A stretch of DNA of 64,000 nt from an uncultured bacterium. GTDB lineage: Bacteria; Fidelibacterota; Marinisomatia; SCGC-AAA003-L08; JACNLC01. The stretch is taken from NCBI GenBank assembly GCA_964527215.1, contig CAZGNZ010000001.1, positions 129,276 to 193,275 of the forward strand. The letters run 5' to 3'. Under the pieces are notes generated by a model. That model was given only the letters and a program-made list of their open reading frames with translations. It was not told the DNA's origin and searched no databases. Below, in pieces: positions 28,808 through 37,993 of this stretch. Every line of letters starts with the position of its first letter. The first letter of the stretch is position 1. Made by a program: the position numbers and the translations under genes.

Positions 28808-29896
28808 ATGGCACATCAAAAAATCCAATCAGGGAAAGCGGTTCGTATTTCAGAAGCTCAGCTGCAGGAATTGTGGCGTTATAGCAGAGGATGTGTGTAC
28901 AAAATGGATCAGGGCTGGGTAAGAGTAATTGATCCAGGGCGGATTAATCCATATTCCGGACCGGACTTCCGCTGTGCGTTGATGGAATTTTCAAAAGACG
29001 GCATTCGGCGCGGCGATGTGGAAATTCATCTGAGAGAATCTGACTGGACCGCTCATGGTCATCATAGAAATCCCGATTACGGAAACGTTATTCTCCATGT
29101 TGTTCGGACGAGGGTTCCCGAATATGTCAATCGGCCGGATATTCCGGTTATTGTTTTGACTGATTTGAGCCGAAGGCAAAGACTCCCCTGCGAGGGTTTA
29201 AGTACGGAACTGGGCCAGGCAGGTATTATGGAAATTCTTGAAAATCTTGCCCGAATCCGGTGGACTGCTGCAATGAAAGTCATGTCGTCTGCAAATGCTG
29301 CAGAAAAGGTTTTCCGTCTGGTTCGAATTGCGGATTTTTACCGATCGGATGAAGACAGAATCCAGTTTCACCGGGAGTTGATGCATCTTGTCAGCCGCTC
29401 TGTCGGTGTGAATGATATCCTGAATTATTGGCAAATCAGGTTACCTCAATTCAAATCTGCAGCGAATTCTCAATTCTGGAGAGATCGTTTGGGTATCAGG
29501 ATGTCTTTGATTTCCGTCCTTTCTTACTGGCTGGTTCACGATCGGATCGGTGAAATAGCCGGAACCATGAGTGACTGGCGGCCGCTGCTGTTTCTTATTC
29601 GCGACAGGGGATTGCCTGTACCCGGGCAAGGTTTCCTGCAGGAAATCCGCGGCAATGTCGTCATACCGTATATCCAGCAATTTGAATCCCGGGACCTGTT
29701 TGATACCTGGGTCCGCCTGCCGGTTCGAACCTATGCCCGCACCCGATATTTTATGAAAACATGGGGAGTGAAAACCGCCGTCACATTTGGACTGCAGCAG
29801 GGAATTCTGCAGTTGGAAAATGATGTCTGTCTGAACCGGATTTGCGAACATTGCCCGTTAATGATTAACTCACCGAAAGATTGGATGAAGTATTAA
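28808..29896 (+). CDS. DUF2851-family protein
   Basis: …GPDFRCALMEF…GDVEIHLRESDWTAHGHHRNPDYGNVILHVV… matches my recollection of the conserved DUF2851 core, a family common in Bacteroidota-like lineages. Confidence 0.65.
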   Translation: MAHQKIQSGKAVRISEAQLQELWRYSRGCVYKMDQGWVRVIDPGRINPYSGPDFRCALMEFSKDGIRRGDVEIHLRESDWTAHGHHRNPDYGNVILHVVRTRVPEYVNRPDIPVIVLTDLSRRQRLPCEGLSTELGQAGIMEILENLARIRWTAAMKVMSSANAAEKVFRLVRIADFYRSDEDRIQFHRELMHLVSRSVGVNDILNYWQIRLPQFKSAANSQFWRDRLGIRMSLISVLSYWLVHDRIGEIAGTMSDWRPLLFLIRDRGLPVPGQGFLQEIRGNVVIPYIQQFESRDLFDTWVRLPVRTYARTRYFMKTWGVKTAVTFGLQQGILQLENDVCLNRICEHCPLMINSPKDWMKY

Positions 29897-29898
29897 AA

Positions 29899-31569
29899 AT
29901 GATTTACATTTACAGCTTGATTAACAAATGGAAAATATTAAAGATCGCATTGGTTTTCATCATTTGCGGTCTGCTGTGGACCCAGACAGATTCTCCAAAA
30001 CCTTCTGATAATGGGGGATATTCCGATCAGTCTGATGAAACGCAGAGTCTTCCGGTTGAACCGGTCGTCCCGGAAGATGTTCAGTTTCCGGAAGATGTGG
30101 ACCTGTTTGACATCCGAATGACGGAGGCAAAAATCCTGTGCACGGATGCCATCACTGCTGATCTCACCGGTGATACGCTGGAAGCGGCCTACCTGTTTGA
30201 ACAGCTGTTCGAATCGCTTTCTGAAATTCGTGAGCTGAGTATTTATGATGAGTTTCAGTATCTGGAATTCAATCGCATGCTGACAGCAGCCATTACATAT
30301 TACGAATCCAATGCGGAAACCATTGACAATGTAGAAACGGCATTATCGGTCTCGCTTCTGAGGGATCGACTGAATGAATACATATACAGTCAGACTCTTG
30401 AAGATTTGGAATATGTGGATGAAAGTGTGGAAATAATCCCGGGGCATATTCCAATTACATATAATCGCCGAGTGGCCAGTATTATCAAATTCTATCAAAC
30501 CAAGGGCCGTCGGAGTGTGCAGAAGTGGCTGGATCGAATGGATCGCTATAAGGCCATTATCCTGCCTATTCTTGAGGAAGAAAAGGTGCCGCCGGAGCTG
30601 TTCTTTTTATCCATGATTGAAAGCGGACTGAAACCGGATGCGTATTCCCACAAATACGCCGCGGGATTGTGGCAGTTTGTGAAATCTACCGGCAGGCTGT
30701 ATGATCTTCAATCAACGTGGTGGATTGATGAACGGAACGATTTCGAAAAATCCACCCGGGCGGCCGCCCGCCATCTCAAGGATTTGTACAATGAATTTAA
30801 TGACTGGTATCTTGCTTTTGCAGCGTATAACAGCGGTGAAGGTGCCGTCAACCGGTCCATACGCCGAAATGGAACGAGGGATTACTGGGATTTAAGTTCG
30901 CTTCCCAGAGAAACCCGAAATTATGTTCCCAATATTATGGCTGCCATTTTTATCGCGAATAATCCGCAGAAATACGGTTTTGAAATTGAATCGGAGCCGC
31001 GATTGGAATGGGATATTGTTCAATTGGACAAACCCGTCAAGCTGGAGGTGATTTCGAATTGCTCCGGTGTGGATATTCAAACGCTTCAAATGTATAATCC
31101 TGAAATTCGGCAGGGTGTAATTCCGCCGCTGGAAGAGAACGAGACCTATCCTTTTAGACTGCCTGTGGCGGCCAGCAGTAAATTCGATTCCCTGTTTGCA
31201 CTGATCCAGGTCGAAAAAAGCGAAGAGCTTGTGGTGGCCGATCATAAGGTCCGCCGAGGGGAAAGTCTCTGGGTCATTGCACAGAAGTATAAAGTCAAGA
31301 TTCAGGATATCGTATCACTGAATAAACTGCAGAATTCACGGTATATCCGTACAGGCCAGGTGCTGAAAATTCCCGTGAGTGGCTATGCGGACTATCGCAA
31401 GGAATCACTGGAAGCAAAAAAGATATATCATACAGTGAAATATGGTGATACGCTCAGCGGTATTGCCCGCAAGTATCGCACATCCGTTGCAAAAATCAAG
31501 AAATGGAATGGCCTGAGAGGCGATATGATACGCAAGGGACAAAAACTAATAATCTGGACCACAGGGTGA
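29899..31569 (+). CDS. Membrane-bound lytic murein transglycosylase (MltD-like: SLT domain plus two LysM domains)
   Basis: The SLT catalytic region is …FFLSMIESGLKPDAYSHKYAAGLWQF…AYNSGEGAV…. Two C-terminal LysM repeats follow (HKVRRGESLWVIAQKYKV…; YHTVKYGDTLSGIARKYRTSV…). The ATG at 29899 lies 3 nt after the upstream stop. Confidence 0.85.
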   Translation: MIYIYSLINKWKILKIALVFIICGLLWTQTDSPKPSDNGGYSDQSDETQSLPVEPVVPEDVQFPEDVDLFDIRMTEAKILCTDAITADLTGDTLEAAYLFEQLFESLSEIRELSIYDEFQYLEFNRMLTAAITYYESNAETIDNVETALSVSLLRDRLNEYIYSQTLEDLEYVDESVEIIPGHIPITYNRRVASIIKFYQTKGRRSVQKWLDRMDRYKAIILPILEEEKVPPELFFLSMIESGLKPDAYSHKYAAGLWQFVKSTGRLYDLQSTWWIDERNDFEKSTRAAARHLKDLYNEFNDWYLAFAAYNSGEGAVNRSIRRNGTRDYWDLSSLPRETRNYVPNIMAAIFIANNPQKYGFEIESEPRLEWDIVQLDKPVKLEVISNCSGVDIQTLQMYNPEIRQGVIPPLEENETYPFRLPVAASSKFDSLFALIQVEKSEELVVADHKVRRGESLWVIAQKYKVKIQDIVSLNKLQNSRYIRTGQVLKIPVSGYADYRKESLEAKKIYHTVKYGDTLSGIARKYRTSVAKIKKWNGLRGDMIRKGQKLIIWTTG

Positions 31570-32435
31570 GAAAAAAAACGAACCGAAAACATAATCCATT
31601 GTGGTGGATACTTGCAATCATTGCGGTTTTTATTATTGTAGGCATTTTCACACGGGATAACACACCTGGACAGAGACCGCTCATTGGACTGGTTGAGATA
31701 AACGAGACCATTCTATCATCCCGGGAAACAGTCAAGCATCTAAATTATTTCAACAACCGCAGCGATATTGACGCCATCCTGATTCGTCTGGATACGCCGG
31801 GAGGTGCCGTGGCCGCCAGTCAGGAGATATTTGAGAAGGTAAAGAAAATTGCTGCCGGTGATAAGCCCATTGTTGCATCGATGGGCAATTTAGCGGCATC
31901 AGGCGGATATTATGTGGCCATCGGAGCGAACAGAATACTGGCCAATCCCGGAACTGCAACAGGATCCATAGGAGTTATCATGGGATATCCTGTGGCCGAA
32001 GAACTGATGCAGCGGTTCGGGGTGGATTACAAAACTGTCAAAAGCGGCTCACTGAAAGATGCCGGCTCTTTTCATCGGGCACAGACTGAAGCAGACCGGA
32101 TATACTTCCAAAATTTGATTAACAACCTGCATGACCAGTTCGTGCAGGCTGTCGCCGGACAAAGAAATCTGCCGGTCAGCAGGGTCGCTGAATTGGCCAG
32201 CGGTGCGGCATATTCCGGGGTTCAGGCCTTGGAATATGGATTAATCGACAGCCTGGGGACCTTTGAAGATGCTGTATATCTTGCCGGAAAATTGGCGGGG
32301 TACGACAATCGTCCCACGCTGGTAAAACCGCCGGAAGACCCGAAAACATTTATTGAACTTGTCAAGGATCAGCTGGAATCAGTACTGTCTGTAAACTGGA
32401 AACAAACTGGTCCAAAATACCAGCTGGTATATTAA
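31566..32435 (+). CDS. sppA: Signal peptide peptidase SppA (36K type)
   Basis: …ILIRLDTPGGAVAASQEI…PIVASMGNLAASGGYYVA…GSIGV…. The GTG at 31566 overlaps the upstream TGA and immediately precedes the TM helix. The track ATG at 31503 is an alternative start. Confidence 0.8.
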   Translation: MRKKTNRKHNPLWWILAIIAVFIIVGIFTRDNTPGQRPLIGLVEINETILSSRETVKHLNYFNNRSDIDAILIRLDTPGGAVAASQEIFEKVKKIAAGDKPIVASMGNLAASGGYYVAIGANRILANPGTATGSIGVIMGYPVAEELMQRFGVDYKTVKSGSLKDAGSFHRAQTEADRIYFQNLINNLHDQFVQAVAGQRNLPVSRVAELASGAAYSGVQALEYGLIDSLGTFEDAVYLAGKLAGYDNRPTLVKPPEDPKTFIELVKDQLESVLSVNWKQTGPKYQLVY

Positions 32436-32443
32436 TTTAAGAT

Positions 32444-32740
32444 ATGACGAAAGCGGAAATAATTCAAGAAGTTGCGGCTGTCACCGGCCTGACGCAGGTG
32501 GAGACGGAAGCCGTACTGGATGAAATTTTGCATCAGATCACGGAAGCATTGAAGCGCGGCGAACGTGTTGATATGCGAGGCTTCGGCAGTTTTACAGTGC
32601 AGCATCGGAAAGCCCGGTCTGCCCGCAACCCGGCCACCCAGGATGTGGTTCAACTGCCGGAACGGCATTTGCCGGTGTTTAAAGTATCAAAAATACTGCA
32701 AGAAAAAGTGAATAAAGCAATCCTGAGAGGATTCAATTAG
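32444..32740 (+). CDS. HU/IHF-family nucleoid-associated DNA-binding protein
   Basis: MTKAEIIQEVAAVTGLTQVETEAVLDEIL…RGFGSFTVQHRKARSARNPATQDVVQLPERHLPVFK is the canonical HU/IHF fold signature. Confidence 0.85.
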   Translation: MTKAEIIQEVAAVTGLTQVETEAVLDEILHQITEALKRGERVDMRGFGSFTVQHRKARSARNPATQDVVQLPERHLPVFKVSKILQEKVNKAILRGFN

Positions 32741-32748
32741 GAGGTTCA

Positions 32749-32844
32749 ATGCCCTGCGGAAGAAAGCGTAAAAAGCGCAAGATGAACACCCATAAAAGGA
32801 AAAAACGTCTTCGCGCGAATCGGCATAAGAAGAAGAAGAGATAG
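32749..32844 (+). CDS. 31-aa Lys/Arg-rich micro-protein, bS22-like (AURKAIP1/COX24-type) ribosomal protein candidate; absent from the supplied ORF track
   Basis: atg ccc tgc gga aga aag… translates to MPCGRKRKKRKMNTHKRKKRLRANRHKKKKR*. A GGAGG Shine-Dalgarno lies 5 nt upstream (32741-32745). The K-R-K-x-H-K-R-K-K-R-L-R-x-N-R-H-K-K pattern is as I recall it for the small basic ribosomal protein of Bacteroidota and Actinobacteria. Confidence 0.55.
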   Translation: MPCGRKRKKRKMNTHKRKKRLRANRHKKKKR

Positions 32845-33100
32845 TATTCACTGATCAGGCTTTTCTGATCAGCTGAATATTACTCTCCAGCAATTGCCGA
32901 CCGGCATTGACTGGAAAATATATCTGGACGGCTGTTGCTGCAGTTCTGCGGCAATATCCGTCCGTTCTGATTTTCACAATAATTTTTACTCTCAGCAATA
33001 ACAGAACAACGGATTCTGTCTTCAATATTGTCAACGTATTCTGCAAGATTACATTCGGCCGGATTTCTGACTTTTGTGAAACTGGCCGAGAAAGTGATTG

Positions 33101-34462
33101 ATGTCCACCCATTCAAAAACAGTTCTTACTGTTACCCAGCTTAACAATCAGGTGAAATTCCGACTGGAAGATCAGTTCAGTCATATCTGGCTGGAAGGTG
33201 AAGTGTCAGCTCCCAGGTGCTACAGCTCAGGCCATACGTATTTAACGCTGAAAGACAGCCAGAGCGAAATATCATGCGTTCTGTTCGCCGGGAAAAGACA
33301 GAGTCTGGATTTTGAACCGGTACATGGACAGAAAGTGCTCGTATCAGGTTCCATTTCGCTGTATTTGCCCCGGGGACAGTACCAGTTTATTATTGACCAT
33401 ATGTATCCGACCGGAGTCGGAGAACTTTGGGTGGCCTATGAGCAATTGAAAAAAAAGCTGCAGGGTGAAGGACTGTTTGACCCTCAGGTGAAAAAAGTAC
33501 TTCCCCGCTTTCCCGGTAAAATAGGTGTGGCCACTTCCGCAAGCGGAGCAGTTGTCCGCGATATTATCAATGTCCTGGGCCGGAGAGCTCCCCAGGTGCA
33601 GATTCTGGTGAGACCAACCCTGGTTCAGGGCGCAGCCGCGGTTCCGGATTTGGTTGCCGCTCTGCAGGAATTGAATGGTGTGAGCGATATTGATGTTATC
33701 ATCATAGGAAGGGGTGGTGGATCTCTCGAGGACCTTTGGTGCTTCAATGATGAGTCAGTCGCTCGTGCGATCTATGCGTCCCGCATTCCGGTGGTTTCGG
33801 CTGTCGGGCATGAAACAGATTACACCATCTCCGATTTTGTGGCGGATCTGCGGGCACCCACACCCTCGGCAGCAGCAGAAGTCTGTGCGCCGGCCAGGTC
33901 TGATCTGTATCAGATGCTGGATGATCAATTCTGCAGACTTTCAGAAATCATGACATCCAGAATTCAGCAGCTGCATGAACGCGTTTCAGCAGCCGAGAAG
34001 CATCATGGATATTTCCACCCAATCAATCAGCTTGAAAAACACCAGGAAATGCTGCTGCAGTACAGCCGCAGACTCATGTCTGTCTGGCAGGAGAAATACC
34101 TTTCTGCACAAGTCCGTATTGACAAGTACAGCCGAATGCTGCAGGAGTATAACCCTCACTCAGATATTCGACAGTATCAGCAGCAGTTGAATTTCCTTGG
34201 TGAAAGTCTGAAGGAGACCGTCAATGGCAGGGTAAGGCAGGAATACACAGCCGTGGCTGGATTGCAGAAACTGCTTGTCAGCCTGCATCCGGAGGAGGTG
34301 CTGAAACGGGGATTTGCGATGGTGAAAGATCGGAACGGGCACCCGGTTTCAGATCCTGACATTCTTCGTAAAGATGATCCGATTTCAGTTAAATTTGCCG
34401 GTGGGGAAGTGGGTGCAATTGTAACCAAAACATTGGAAGAGACAAAGAATGAATCACAATGA
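33101..34462 (+). CDS. xseA: Exodeoxyribonuclease VII large subunit
   Basis: …LTVTQLNNQVKFRLEDQFSHIWLEGEVS…GHTYLTLKD… is the OB fold, followed by …IIIGRGGGSLEDLWCFNDE…VSAVGHETD…. Confidence 0.9.
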   Translation: MSTHSKTVLTVTQLNNQVKFRLEDQFSHIWLEGEVSAPRCYSSGHTYLTLKDSQSEISCVLFAGKRQSLDFEPVHGQKVLVSGSISLYLPRGQYQFIIDHMYPTGVGELWVAYEQLKKKLQGEGLFDPQVKKVLPRFPGKIGVATSASGAVVRDIINVLGRRAPQVQILVRPTLVQGAAAVPDLVAALQELNGVSDIDVIIIGRGGGSLEDLWCFNDESVARAIYASRIPVVSAVGHETDYTISDFVADLRAPTPSAAAEVCAPARSDLYQMLDDQFCRLSEIMTSRIQQLHERVSAAEKHHGYFHPINQLEKHQEMLLQYSRRLMSVWQEKYLSAQVRIDKYSRMLQEYNPHSDIRQYQQQLNFLGESLKETVNGRVRQEYTAVAGLQKLLVSLHPEEVLKRGFAMVKDRNGHPVSDPDILRKDDPISVKFAGGEVGAIVTKTLEETKNESQ

Positions 34463-34673
34463 AACCCGGTTTGAAGACAATTTTCAGCGAATCCAGGAAA
34501 TCCTGAACACCTTGGAATCCGGAAAAACCAGTCTGGAAGAATCCCTTGCGCTGTTTGAGGAGGGCATGAAACTTATTAAAACCAGCAAGGATCAACTTTC
34601 TGATGCAGAGGATCGTGTGAAGACGCTGGTCAGTGAGAACGGCGGGCTAACGGAAGTACCAGGATTGGAGTAA
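34449..34673 (+). CDS. xseB: Exodeoxyribonuclease VII small subunit
   Basis: …FEDNFQRIQEILNTLESGKTSLEESLALFEEGMKLIKTSKDQL… is typical XseB. The gene overlaps the xseA 3' end. Confidence 0.85.
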   Translation: MNHNETRFEDNFQRIQEILNTLESGKTSLEESLALFEEGMKLIKTSKDQLSDAEDRVKTLVSENGGLTEVPGLE

Positions 34674-34679
34674 CATACT

Positions 34680-35543
34680 GTGAATATAGGGTGTACGGGT
34701 AATTATACCAAGGATGAGTTCTTTAAAATTGTTGGGGAAATTTCCAGAGCGCTGGATAATTCGGATCATAGTTTTATTCTGTCGGAAGATGTCCGTCAGG
34801 TGGAGCTGCCGTCCGAGATTTCGCATATCCCCATGATGCATATCCGGAAAATTGCTGAAGAATGTCAGATTCTGCTGTCAATTGGCGGTGACGGAACACT
34901 TCTGTCAACTGTTCGGCAGGTGGGTCGTCATGATATTGCGGTACTGGGAATTCGAATAGGGCGTCTGGGATTCCTGGCCGAAGGCACCGGCGATAATTAT
35001 CAAAGTGCATTGAAGGATATTCTGGAAGGCAACTACAGCATCGTTGAACGCACGCTGCTTGAAGCTACCCTGGAACGCCCGAACCCGGAAACGTACTACG
35101 CTTTGAATGAAGTCGTCATAGAACATGGACGGGCCCGTATTTTAAAAACGCATGTACATGTTTCAGATGTATTTTTGAATACGTATGAAAGTGACGGTAT
35201 TATTTTTGCCACACCCACTGGATCAACAGCATATTCGCTGTCTGCCGGCGGACCGATAATTTCTCCTGATCTGGATGTGATTCTGGTGACACCGGTATGT
35301 CCCCACAGTCTTTCAGCCAGACCCATCGTTCTTCCTGCCGATGTGGAAATACGTGTATCTTTTGCGGAGGATCAGGCGGGAATGGATATGGCTGTTGACG
35401 GCCAGATCAGTGTGCCGCTGGATTATACTGAAACAATCCGGATTCGGAAAACCAACTACTCAGCACGCATGATTACTCTGCCGGAAACGAACTTTTTCCA
35501 TACACTTCGTACAAAACTGGGTTGGAGCGGCCGAGTTCGCTGA
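34680..35543 (+). CDS. nadK: NAD kinase
   Basis: …ILLSIGGDGTLLS… is the GGDG motif, followed by …NEVVI……DGIIFATPTGSTAYSLSAGGPI…. It has a GTG start. Confidence 0.9.
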   Translation: MNIGCTGNYTKDEFFKIVGEISRALDNSDHSFILSEDVRQVELPSEISHIPMMHIRKIAEECQILLSIGGDGTLLSTVRQVGRHDIAVLGIRIGRLGFLAEGTGDNYQSALKDILEGNYSIVERTLLEATLERPNPETYYALNEVVIEHGRARILKTHVHVSDVFLNTYESDGIIFATPTGSTAYSLSAGGPIISPDLDVILVTPVCPHSLSARPIVLPADVEIRVSFAEDQAGMDMAVDGQISVPLDYTETIRIRKTNYSARMITLPETNFFHTLRTKLGWSGRVR

Positions 35544-35619
35544 TCAGGAAACTGAAGACCGCTCCTTTATAAATCAGAAATGCACATGCCGTGAGTTCGT
35601 GAATATCAGTGTGTGACGA

Positions 35620-36786
35620 TTATTCCCGCCAGCCAGGCAGATCATCCGGATATTCAGCTTCGTCCGACTCGTGACAACCCTCGCAGGACGGCGGTTCACC
35701 AAAGTCTTCATCGATATGACAGTCTGAACAGTCCAGGTCTTCATGATCTTCGCTTAGAATAAGACCTGTAACCCCATGATCAAAGGATCCGGCCAGCCAG
35801 TGGATGTGACAGCTGGTACAGTTAACGGACGGTGAGGAAAAGTCCTTGACCGATCCATGGCAGCTTTCACAGGATACCCCGTCATGCCTTGGACTCAAAG
35901 GCCATCCGACTGAAACGGCGTGATCAAAAGCAGGCTTTTCTTCCATACTGTGGCAGAAGCCGCATTCCTGTTCAGAATTGCAGTTGGCGACGTGACATTT
36001 GCAGCAGCTGTTGCGGCACAACGCACAATCATCAACAGCCATGGTTTTCTCCGTGGGATTGATATGCTCCTCATGGCACTTCCGGCAGCCGTCCCCCTGA
36101 TGACAATCCACACACTGCAGACCGAACAGGTCAACATGATCTGTATGATGGAAAGTCACCACGGGCCCATCCTGGAGATGAGTGTGATAAATATATTTTT
36201 CTTCCGCGACGATTTTCGGATGATGAGTCATCCCCATAATATCCGATTTATCAACTGCAGCAGTTTTCCCGGAAGCATCGTCTGCAACTTCATGACAGAT
36301 ATTACACTCGGATTCATGGCTCCATTCACGGTGGCAGTTCAAACACTGCCGGTGGTAGGCGGCTTTCAGAGAAGGTTTCTGAATGCTGATGGAATCCCCT
36401 GTGGCATCATGGCATTCGCGGCACGGCGGTACCGGTTTATCCGGTTCCGAGAAGTGGTGGCATAACTCGCACCCACCGGACATATCCGACATTTCGGCAT
36501 GGAGTTTATGAGTAAAAAAGACGGGTTTGTACAGATTCGCAAGGTGATCCATGATAACTATTTCAGGTCCTTCGGTAATCTGATGCCGACCTTCAAAATG
36601 TCCCTCGTGGCGTGGACAATCAAGTAGGCAGGGATCTTCCTTCGTAGGCTGGTCACATACATGACATGTGGCACAATAGCGGTTCAGTGACTGTTTGTGG
36701 AAATCATCGTCGGTTCCGGCAGACCAAAGAAAACTGAGTACCGGAAGAAGCAGAGCTGCAGAGATTTTAATATTTGATTTACGCAT
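35620..36786 (-). CDS. Periplasmic multihaem cytochrome c, 13 CxxCH motifs (Hmc/Nhc-type partner of the FeS/NrfD module)
   Basis: It has a signal peptide (MRKSNIKISAALLLPVLSFLWSA). Hand-counted motifs are CATCH, CELCH, CRECH, CLNCH, CNICH, CVDCH, CRKCH, CCKCH, CGFCH, CESCH, CTSCH, CSDCH and CEGCH. The start overlaps the NrfD-like stop by 8 nt. Confidence 0.9.
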   Translation of the reverse strand: MRKSNIKISAALLLPVLSFLWSAGTDDDFHKQSLNRYCATCHVCDQPTKEDPCLLDCPRHEGHFEGRHQITEGPEIVIMDHLANLYKPVFFTHKLHAEMSDMSGGCELCHHFSEPDKPVPPCRECHDATGDSISIQKPSLKAAYHRQCLNCHREWSHESECNICHEVADDASGKTAAVDKSDIMGMTHHPKIVAEEKYIYHTHLQDGPVVTFHHTDHVDLFGLQCVDCHQGDGCRKCHEEHINPTEKTMAVDDCALCRNSCCKCHVANCNSEQECGFCHSMEEKPAFDHAVSVGWPLSPRHDGVSCESCHGSVKDFSSPSVNCTSCHIHWLAGSFDHGVTGLILSEDHEDLDCSDCHIDEDFGEPPSCEGCHESDEAEYPDDLPGWRE

Positions 36787-37993
36787 GTTTTTTGTGCTCC
36801 AATTCTTCTATCACTGGGAAATGAATGACAAAAAACCGGTATACCAGAATCAGCAGTGAAATGAATCCAACAGTGACCAGTATCTCGGTGATTGCAGGAA
36901 TATACCTGGACTCGGCATATGGGGGCTGATACCCGACGATGAATACATTGACCCGATTAAGGACCACACCAACTACGACTGCCGCAGCGCCGCTGAACAG
37001 CCAGATGATTTGTTTCCGAAATCTGCGGCTTGACAAAACCACAATGGGATATATCACGCCAATGAGCATCTCTGCATTGAAGAACCAGGACTCCACAGTT
37101 CCCTCAAGAACATAGTGAAAAGTCCCGCGGTTCACCATATCCAGAGTTTTGGCAAACAGATAAATCCACAGCAGCAGTGGCAGGTAACGGGCATACTGAC
37201 TTAAAATTGATATTTCCGGTTTCAATTTGAAAGACCATGATGCCAGCAGGGATTCAAAAATCACCATCGCGATTCCCACGGCAAAGGCGGACAGGAGAAA
37301 AAGGAGCGACAGAATGGGTGTGTGCCAGAGAGGGTGCAGTTTCGAAGGCACAATCACCATCAGCGTACCCAGCGAGCTTTGATGCATACAGGACAGCACC
37401 ACCCCCAAAATGATAAATATAAACATAGCCTTGCCGAATGTGTTGTCCAGGAATTTGAGCAGTCCTTCCGTGGCGTTATTCAGGCTCTTCATGATACCCG
37501 GAAGATTCACCCGTGATCGAAAGCGTTCAGTCAGAATGGGAATAAACTCAATATAAAGTACTGTCAGGTAACTGACAACACAGATGCCGACTTCAAACAA
37601 GGCTGAGTTGCCCTGCCACATTGAAGGAAGCAGAACATGCCATATCCAGTAGTAGCGACCGAGATCAATCACCACTCCCAAAGCCACAAAGGTATATCCC
37701 AGCATGGCAGTGAGCAGTGCCGGCCGGGTAAGTACCGCGTAGCGCTCGCGATGCATGATGTGGGCAATGAAGCTGGAGGTAAATCCACCGGCTGCAAGGG
37801 CCACACCGCAGGCCACATCAATCCCAATCCAGATACCCCACGGATACTGACCGTCAAGGTTCGTGGCAGCTTCAAGACTGAAAACAAAACGGTAGAATGC
37901 ACTGGCAAGCCCAAGGGCGGCCAGCGCAGTGAGAATCCAGACTCCAGGCGTAAAATAGGGGATACGTTTGACGGGGAGGACGGCAGTGGACAT
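36779..37993 (-). CDS. NrfD/PsrC-family integral membrane quinone-interacting subunit
   Basis: A 404-aa polytopic protein. …NLDGQYPWGIWIGIDVACGVALAAGGFTSSF… is the typical NrfD/HmcC/DsrP/ActC-type N-terminal signature. The ATG overlaps the FeS-subunit stop. Confidence 0.85.
   Translation of the reverse strand: MSTAVLPVKRIPYFTPGVWILTALAALGLASAFYRFVFSLEAATNLDGQYPWGIWIGIDVACGVALAAGGFTSSFIAHIMHRERYAVLTRPALLTAMLGYTFVALGVVIDLGRYYWIWHVLLPSMWQGNSALFEVGICVVSYLTVLYIEFIPILTERFRSRVNLPGIMKSLNNATEGLLKFLDNTFGKAMFIFIILGVVLSCMHQSSLGTLMVIVPSKLHPLWHTPILSLLFLLSAFAVGIAMVIFESLLASWSFKLKPEISILSQYARYLPLLLWIYLFAKTLDMVNRGTFHYVLEGTVESWFFNAEMLIGVIYPIVVLSSRRFRKQIIWLFSGAAAVVVGVVLNRVNVFIVGYQPPYAESRYIPAITEILVTVGFISLLILVYRFFVIHFPVIEELEHKKHA

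Noticed and set aside
35920-36465. Long antisense ORFs across the cytochrome and other well-supported genes. Examples are 35920-36465 +, 38453-39061 +, 46830-47585 +, 53195-53977 +, 59390-60310 +, and on the other strand 1816-2466 -, 8503-8982 - and 9222-9734 -.
   Set aside because: Each lies entirely within a gene with strong family signatures on the opposite strand. Their translations have no recognisable motifs. They are typical shadow ORFs.
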